From positions 64,001 to 128,000 of the forward strand of contig JBBRPR010000001.1 in NCBI GenBank assembly GCA_038227875.1: a DNA stretch of 64,000 nt. Reading direction: 5' to 3'. Both the position numbers and the translations under genes were made by a program. This stretch comes from Planctomycetota bacterium (GTDB lineage: Bacteria; Planctomycetota; SZUA-567; H5-PLA8). Under the pieces are notes generated by a model. That model made no database searches. It worked only from the letters and a program-made list of their open reading frames with translations, and was not told the origin of the DNA. Shown here one piece after another: positions 58,659 to 64,000 of the stretch; positions within the stretch are counted from its first letter, which is position 1, and every line of letters starts with the position of its first letter.

Positions 58659-58940
58659 TTATTGAGTCTTGACGACCAGGTCGCCTTGAATGTCAATCTG
58701 ACAGGCGAGTCGTAAGGTTGGCGCATCTTTGAGTTTAGATTCTTCAACGGCGTTGCGCGGCTTGGTGGGGCCCTGAATTTCCACCTTACAGGTACCACAG
58801 CGGCCATTGCCGCGACAATTGGCCATCGCGGCCAAGCCGGCATAAATGGGAATCTTGTTCGCGACCGCGACTTCCCGCAAGTTGGCGTGCATGGGCACGA
58901 GGACTTGGATCTTCTCTTTTTCAAACGTGATCTTCGGCAT
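58659..58940 (-). CDS. 2Fe-2S ferredoxin
   Basis: NCRGNGRCGTC..RLACQ. Confidence 0.9.
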   Translation of the reverse strand: MPKITFEKEKIQVLVPMHANLREVAVANKIPIYAGLAAMANCRGNGRCGTCKVEIQGPTKPRNAVEESKLKDAPTLRLACQIDIQGDLVVKTQ

Positions 58941-58999
58941 TGAGTGGCTCCAGCGCTCGTTCGTTCACCATCTCGGGTCGGCGCGATTATGGGGTTGGC

Positions 59000-60499
59000 T
59001 CAGATTCCAAACAAGTTCCGAATCTTGCCCAGAATATCCTGCTTGGAACCTTCCAGGTCCCGTTTGCGCCGGTCGGCGTCCATGTTGCCGAGCGCCAAGT
59101 CGAGGTCTGCACGGCGATGGGCCAGGATCTGGGCGAAGCCTTCAGCCAATTCTGGCCGCGTCTGGATGATGCTTTTGAAGGATTCCTTGTCGAGCCGGTA
59201 GCATTCGACATCGGTCCGGGCAATCACCGTGGAAGCGCGGGGTTCGCCGGTCATCAGGCCCATCTCGCCGAAGACGCTACCGGGGCCCAGTTCGCTGATC
59301 TTGCGGGACTCGCCGTTCTTCTCGACCAGCACGTCGGCATGGCCGTCGACCAGGATATACAGCCAGTGGGCTTCGGCGCCTTGTCGCGTCATCTCGTCGC
59401 CCTTGGTGAACGGCGCGGGGATGAGGTGCTCGGCCAGATGCCGGAGCTCTTCGGGGGTCAGCGAGCGCAGCAGTTCCACGTGCTGCAGCGCGATCTTGCG
59501 CTGCGCCAGGATCTGGGTCATCTTCGACGACTTTCGTTCTTCAGACTCCTGTGTGACGAAGACGGCGTGCGCGGGCATCGAGAGCGGAATGTTGGCGCGC
59601 AGCAGCGCGACATAAACGTGCGCGCGGATTTCCGAATCGGTCGGATCGTCGACGGCCAGGTCCGTGAGCCAGTAGCGGACCGCGTAGCGCCCCCAGCTTT
59701 CACTGAAGTCCATCAGGATGCAGTTGGGTTCCGGTTTCTTGGCCATGCGCTGGATGTCGGCAGAGCGGATGGCGGCGTTGACCGTATCGATCACTTTTGT
59801 GGGAGGTGTGCGGAAGTCGACGTTGAACCAGACCCAGCGCCGCCATTGGACCGGTTCGCCCTGGCGGCGGCCGAGCACGATGAATTTATTCTTCATCAAC
59901 GCGCTGTTAGGGACCAGCACGGTTTCCCAGTTGCGGGTTTCGATGGCCGTATGCCGCCAGCGCGTTTCGATCACCTTGCCGACCACGTCATCCACCTTGA
60001 TCCAGTCGCCGATGCGCAGGGATTGATCGAGCTGAATGGCCAGGCCGCCGAGGATGTTGCCGAGCGTGTCCTGCATTGAAAAACCGATGACGGCCGTGAG
60101 CACCGCGGACGTGGCGATCACCGGCGCGCCATCGAAGGCCAAGTTCCAGAAAATCAGGACCCAGACGATATGCCCTCCCGCCACGATCACGTCCTGGAGA
60201 ATGCGGGGCGAAGGGATTCGCAGCACGGGCAGCGCGACGCGGAAGAGCGTGTAGCCGCCAATGCAGATGGCGATGATGATTTCAGCAAAGAGCGCGAGGC
60301 GGAAGATCAGCGACGCCGTGCGCAGATCGCCGGTGGCGTCGGGTCCGGTCGTAAACAGCAGCATCGTTGTGGCGACGACAAAGACGGCCAGCAGCAGCGC
60401 GAGCGACTTGCGCTCGGCTTTCACGATCCGCAGCAGGATCAGGGTCACCACCACAATGCCCGCGGCCAAATAGCCATGGCCATGGAACAGAACGTTCAA
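59000..60499 (-). CDS. MscS-family channel with C-terminal cyclic-nucleotide-binding domain
   Basis: GFSMQDTLGN..GG, GDWI, VPNS; CNBD FGEMGLMTGEPRASTV. Confidence 0.92.
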   Translation of the reverse strand: MNVLFHGHGYLAAGIVVVTLILLRIVKAERKSLALLLAVFVVATTMLLFTTGPDATGDLRTASLIFRLALFAEIIIAICIGGYTLFRVALPVLRIPSPRILQDVIVAGGHIVWVLIFWNLAFDGAPVIATSAVLTAVIGFSMQDTLGNILGGLAIQLDQSLRIGDWIKVDDVVGKVIETRWRHTAIETRNWETVLVPNSALMKNKFIVLGRRQGEPVQWRRWVWFNVDFRTPPTKVIDTVNAAIRSADIQRMAKKPEPNCILMDFSESWGRYAVRYWLTDLAVDDPTDSEIRAHVYVALLRANIPLSMPAHAVFVTQESEERKSSKMTQILAQRKIALQHVELLRSLTPEELRHLAEHLIPAPFTKGDEMTRQGAEAHWLYILVDGHADVLVEKNGESRKISELGPGSVFGEMGLMTGEPRASTVIARTDVECYRLDKESFKSIIQTRPELAEGFAQILAHRRADLDLALGNMDADRRKRDLEGSKQDILGKIRNLFGI

Positions 60500-60586
60500 A
60501 GCTTATTCCTCAGGGGAGATGATGAAGAAACAGTAAAGCTGAATCCCGGGGGAAAGGGAAGCGGATTTTTAGCCTTCCGTTAGCGC

Positions 60587-61165
60587 TTAGTGCAGGCGGG
60601 GACCCGGCGGCAGTGACTGGATCAGGCGGGATTCTTCGACACGAATCTCTTCCAGCCGGGCCTGCGCGAGTTCGGGGCTGTAGAATTCACTGGCCAGATT
60701 AGTGAACAGGAGGAAGTGGCTCACTTCGCTGGCGTAGAGATCTTCGTAGAAACTTCCCAGCGTGGTGCCGCGCGCGCGGTCGGCCAGCAGCCGGAAGCGC
60801 TCCGCGCTCCGCGATTCGATCACGCCGCAGACCAGCAGCATGTCCATGAACGTATCGCGTCCGCGCGTCTGGGTGAGCTTGCGCAGGCCCTTGGCGTACT
60901 CGCTGCCGCCTTCGGGGAGCGGGGGAGGGGGATAGTTGCGCAGCATCCGCTCGCACTGTTCGGCGTGCTGGTATTCTTCGTTGGCGAGGTCCGGCATCAA
61001 CTTTTTCAGCGTGGGAAAGCGGTTCCCATGCGCGCGCATGGTATGCAACGCCATCGCGGCGGCCTTGCGTTCGCAGAAGAGGTGATCGAGCAGCAGCGCA
61101 CCGGTGTCGGCGAGCACGCGGTCGGCCCATTCGGGCGGAGTGACGTAGTGAAGTCCAAGCAGCAT
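60587..61165 (-). CDS. miaE: tRNA-(ms2io6A) hydroxylase (ferritin-like)
   Basis: TP.EW..LLDH..CERKAA, EE..H, IESRS.ERF, SE..H, C-terminal RLH. Confidence 0.8.
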   Translation of the reverse strand: MLLGLHYVTPPEWADRVLADTGALLLDHLFCERKAAAMALHTMRAHGNRFPTLKKLMPDLANEEYQHAEQCERMLRNYPPPPLPEGGSEYAKGLRKLTQTRGRDTFMDMLLVCGVIESRSAERFRLLADRARGTTLGSFYEDLYASEVSHFLLFTNLASEFYSPELAQARLEEIRVEESRLIQSLPPGPRLH

Positions 61166-61227
61166 GGACTTGAATGTAATAAAGTCACAGAAAAGTGAAA
61201 TTCGAAAAAGGTCCAACGGAGTAACTC

Positions 61228-61584
61228 ATGCGAAAGAAACGTACGGCAGGAAAATATGAGCGTCGGCATCGCCTGCTTCAGAAGATTTTCATCAGTTACG
61301 GAGGCAAGGAAAAGGACGCGTGGGATTTTGCGTTTCACATGCTGGACTGGGATGAAGACCTTGAACGGCTTTATGGCGTCTATTCGAACCCGGGTCGCCT
61401 TACAAACAAAAAGGGTGATGCGGTTTTTCGTTTCTTAATCCACGCCACCTACCATCTGATGGAAGCATACAGACTTTTGAGGGGCGAAGAATGTGTGAAT
61501 ATATTCGCGCCAAATTACAAGCAACCCACCTCATCGCGTAAAGTTACTGGTAGGACGCGCCGATTGGCCAAAGCGAAGAAATGA
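61228..61584 (+). CDS. Small hypothetical protein, lower GC
   Basis: GGAG RBS; DFAFHMLDWDEDL..FLIHA..HL; basic ends. Confidence 0.6.
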   Translation: MRKKRTAGKYERRHRLLQKIFISYGGKEKDAWDFAFHMLDWDEDLERLYGVYSNPGRLTNKKGDAVFRFLIHATYHLMEAYRLLRGEECVNIFAPNYKQPTSSRKVTGRTRRLAKAKK

Positions 61585-61685
61585 AGCGTTGTACGGTAGT
61601 CTGTCCGACGAAGGCACGGCAAGGCCGAACTTTCGCTACGCTTAAGTTCGTCCGTGCCAGTGGCACCAAATCATCCCGACAGGAA

Positions 61686-61705
61686 TCCCAAGAGCCAAGA
61701 GCCGC
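61686..61705 (-). repeat. 20-bp motif GCGGCTCTTGGCTCTTGGGA, copy 2
   Basis: Identical to 23857-23876 on the opposite strand. Confidence 0.85.
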
Positions 61706-61706
61706 C

Positions 61707-63998
61707 CTACTTCTTCGGCAGCGTCAAAATCATGTCGCGAATCTTTCCGCGCATCGCGTCGAGCGCTTCCGGATCCTTCGAGCGCGCCCAGAAATCGTTG
61801 ACCGTGTCGCGGCCACCTTCGGTGCGGGATTTGACCGCGGCGTTGAAGAGTTCTTCGAGCAAATCGTGGGCTTCCTGATCTTTGCCGGCTTTGTGCGCGA
61901 GTTGCTTCAAGGTTTCGATGTAGCGCCGGTCGTCCCACGCTTCGCGCATCCCTTCAAAGTACGGCGTGCGGACGATCGAGGAGGGGGTGGTCCACGCGTA
62001 TTCCCAATTGTCGCCGGTGGTCGTGTCGAAACGGTTGCCCCAGTTGTACGCCCAGACCAGCGAACCGCGAGAATCGAAGGCGCCAAAGAAAAAGCCGAAC
62101 GTGTAGCGCGCGTCCCCCGGAGGTGAAGCGTCACCGCATCCGGAATACTGCCAGAACGTTTTCTTCGCGACCTTGGCGCCCTGCTCTTCCTTTTCCGCGG
62201 CGGCGCGGACCTTATCGCCGAGTTTCGCATCTTCGTGAATTGCGTTGGTGCAGAAAACATCGACATCGTCGGCGAAAATGATTCCAGGTCCAGCGTGGTG
62301 GATCGAGCCGTAAACGCGCACGCCCGGCGAGGCTTCGTGGATCGCGGCGCAGGCGTCTTTGAAGTGGCCCTTGATCCAGACAGCCGCGCCGCCGATGCCG
62401 AGTTCCTCCGGCGTGTTGTCGTTGGCTTTTTCACCGTCGAGGAACTTCGCCACGTCCTGCAGTTTTACATGTGGCAGACGGTCGGCGTGCGTCTTGTGGT
62501 CGACGTAGTAGAACAACTTGGCCTTGGCGTGATCGCCTTGCGACCACTTCGCCGGTTCGTCGAAGGGCGTCAGGATCGGTTCCGGCCAGTGCGCTTCTTT
62601 GGCGTGTGCCATCAATTTTTTGACCCACGCCACATAGATCGGTCGGAGTTCCGGCAGCACAGCGTCGGGGGCGGCGGTCTGCTTGCGGATGAACTCCTTG
62701 CGGCCTTCCATCGAATCCTTGCCCGTGAAAACGACGCTGCGGTAGAGATCGCGTTCGATGTGAAGCGTGTCGGGGAATCCGTAGGGATCGCCGCCGAGGA
62801 AGTAAACAAAGTTGTCGACGCCTGCTTCCTTGGCGTGACGCATGAAGTCGTCCATGATCGTGAAATCGAGATCGAATTCGGTCGCGGATTTCCGGATCAC
62901 TTTCGGCGCGATGCCGCTGGCCCAGATGTTGATGCTGTTGTGATTGTTCTTCACCAGTGCGCGCAGTTCGTGAGCCGGCAGCAGCCCGGCGACGCAACCG
63001 CCGAGACACAGGTCGGCTTCCTTCATGCTCAGCAGTTTGAAATCGGCGATCTCGACCTGGACCGGCAATTCCTCAGCGGGCAGCGCGTCGGCTTCAATCA
63101 GGATCTTCCCCGTGTACGTCCCGGACTTGGGTAGCGTGTGGTCGTCACCGGCTTCGATCCAGAATAACTGTGAGCGGCCGCTGGGAATGTCGACGGCGTA
63201 CGACGGCCACAAGCGCTGCGGAAACACACCGCCCTTGGTCACCGCGTATTCGCCGGTGAGCAATGCCAGGTCGCACTTCAGTTTGTCGCCGTTGGACTGC
63301 AGACCTTCCTTGCTGAACGAGACGCGCACGTTCTTCAAATCGGCGCCGTTGGCAAAGACGCCGAATTGCGCGGGTTCGATCTCGTTGCGCGCCAGCTTAA
63401 GCTTCACCGGTACGCCGGTTTCGTTTTCCAGCGGCGCGGACGTGGGGTAAATCAGTTTCGTATACGGCCGCACGAATGGAACGATGTTCTTTTCTTTCAG
63501 CGCTTCGGGCAACGCGGGCTTCTCCGGTTCGGGAAACTTCGCCTTCTTCATCGCCTCTGTCTGCACCCGCGCGACCCAGTCGCGGGTCTCCGCGGCCCAG
63601 CGCGTTTCGTCTTCGGCCGGATGTCCAAGCTCAATGGCGAGGTGCTGAAACGGCACGTCGGAACCGCTGGGCGCGGTGAAGACAATTTCCGTGCCCTTCG
63701 CCGACGAGCGCATCACCGAATCCCAGCCGACGGGAATCAGCGCGGTCTTCCATTTGTTGTCGTTGAGTCCCCCGATGCGGTGAATTTCGGTGCGGCCCGG
63801 CAATCCCGAAAAGATTTCCACGCGAATCGGCGACGCCGCGGAATCGTAAAATGTGACGGCAATGTCGTAGGCGGCCGGCTCCCTGGGCCGCAACGCTTCT
63901 CCCCACCACGACGGCAGCGGAATGATGCCCGGAACTCCGCCATGCAGAACGCGGCAATCCTTCTCGTCGACCTTGTCGACGGCCCAGAGCTGATCGTT
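61707..63998 (-). CDS. GH123/DUF4091-like protein, 5' end beyond window
   Basis: Frame stays open from 63893 to the edge; ARNEIEPAQF, PFDEP, WQYS, FEGMREAWDDRRY. Confidence 0.75.
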   Translation of the reverse strand, partial: NDQLWAVDKVDEKDCRVLHGGVPGIIPLPSWWGEALRPREPAAYDIAVTFYDSAASPIRVEIFSGLPGRTEIHRIGGLNDNKWKTALIPVGWDSVMRSSAKGTEIVFTAPSGSDVPFQHLAIELGHPAEDETRWAAETRDWVARVQTEAMKKAKFPEPEKPALPEALKEKNIVPFVRPYTKLIYPTSAPLENETGVPVKLKLARNEIEPAQFGVFANGADLKNVRVSFSKEGLQSNGDKLKCDLALLTGEYAVTKGGVFPQRLWPSYAVDIPSGRSQLFWIEAGDDHTLPKSGTYTGKILIEADALPAEELPVQVEIADFKLLSMKEADLCLGGCVAGLLPAHELRALVKNNHNSINIWASGIAPKVIRKSATEFDLDFTIMDDFMRHAKEAGVDNFVYFLGGDPYGFPDTLHIERDLYRSVVFTGKDSMEGRKEFIRKQTAAPDAVLPELRPIYVAWVKKLMAHAKEAHWPEPILTPFDEPAKWSQGDHAKAKLFYYVDHKTHADRLPHVKLQDVAKFLDGEKANDNTPEELGIGGAAVWIKGHFKDACAAIHEASPGVRVYGSIHHAGPGIIFADDVDVFCTNAIHEDAKLGDKVRAAAEKEEQGAKVAKKTFWQYSGCGDASPPGDARYTFGFFFGAFDSRGSLVWAYNWGNRFDTTTGDNWEYAWTTPSSIVRTPYFEGMREAWDDRRYIETLKQLAHKAGKDQEAHDLLEELFNAAVKSRTEGGRDTVNDFWARSKDPEALDAMRGKIRDMILTLPKK

Positions 63999-64000
63999 GA

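Noticed and set aside
60536..60565. GCTGAATCCCG..GGG resembling a c-di-AMP riboswitch start near mscS
   Set aside because: Wrong strand for mscS and far too short.

Overview
High-GC bacterial DNA, probably Planctomycetota or another PVC lineage (inferred from the MoxR/DUF58/BatA/DUF4159 operon, STN- and HEAT-rich secreted proteins and a PknD-like kinase). No rRNA, tRNA, CRISPR array, transposase or integrase was seen. The left third (1-21088, minus strand) is one tightly coupled MoxR-vWA operon whose later genes encode two giant exported proteins on glycoside-hydrolase-like scaffolds. One appears to have lost both catalytic glutamates; the other (>=1974 aa) is missing from the ORF track because it runs off the window. 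The middle holds a degenerate AGE epimerase, an orphan HTH gene, a GAF-GGDEF-Ser/Thr kinase-LamG-TPR fusion convergent with a stand-alone MshEN-like+PilZ protein, and a CBM9/GH116/GntR/GH32 sugar locus. It also has a frameshifted catalase-like gene, SDR, ankyrin, csp, acyl-ACP desaturase, K+ channel and three tandem STN-HEAT-STN paralogs. The right part is mostly housekeeping (folE, mqnE, hppA, PhyH-AraC-PhyH, CNNM, ferredoxin, MscS-cNMP, miaE) with lower-GC orphan insertions including a SUKH/SMI1 immunity gene. Period-7 repeat arrays recur in intergenic gaps. All family calls come from motif recognition by eye; no searches were run.
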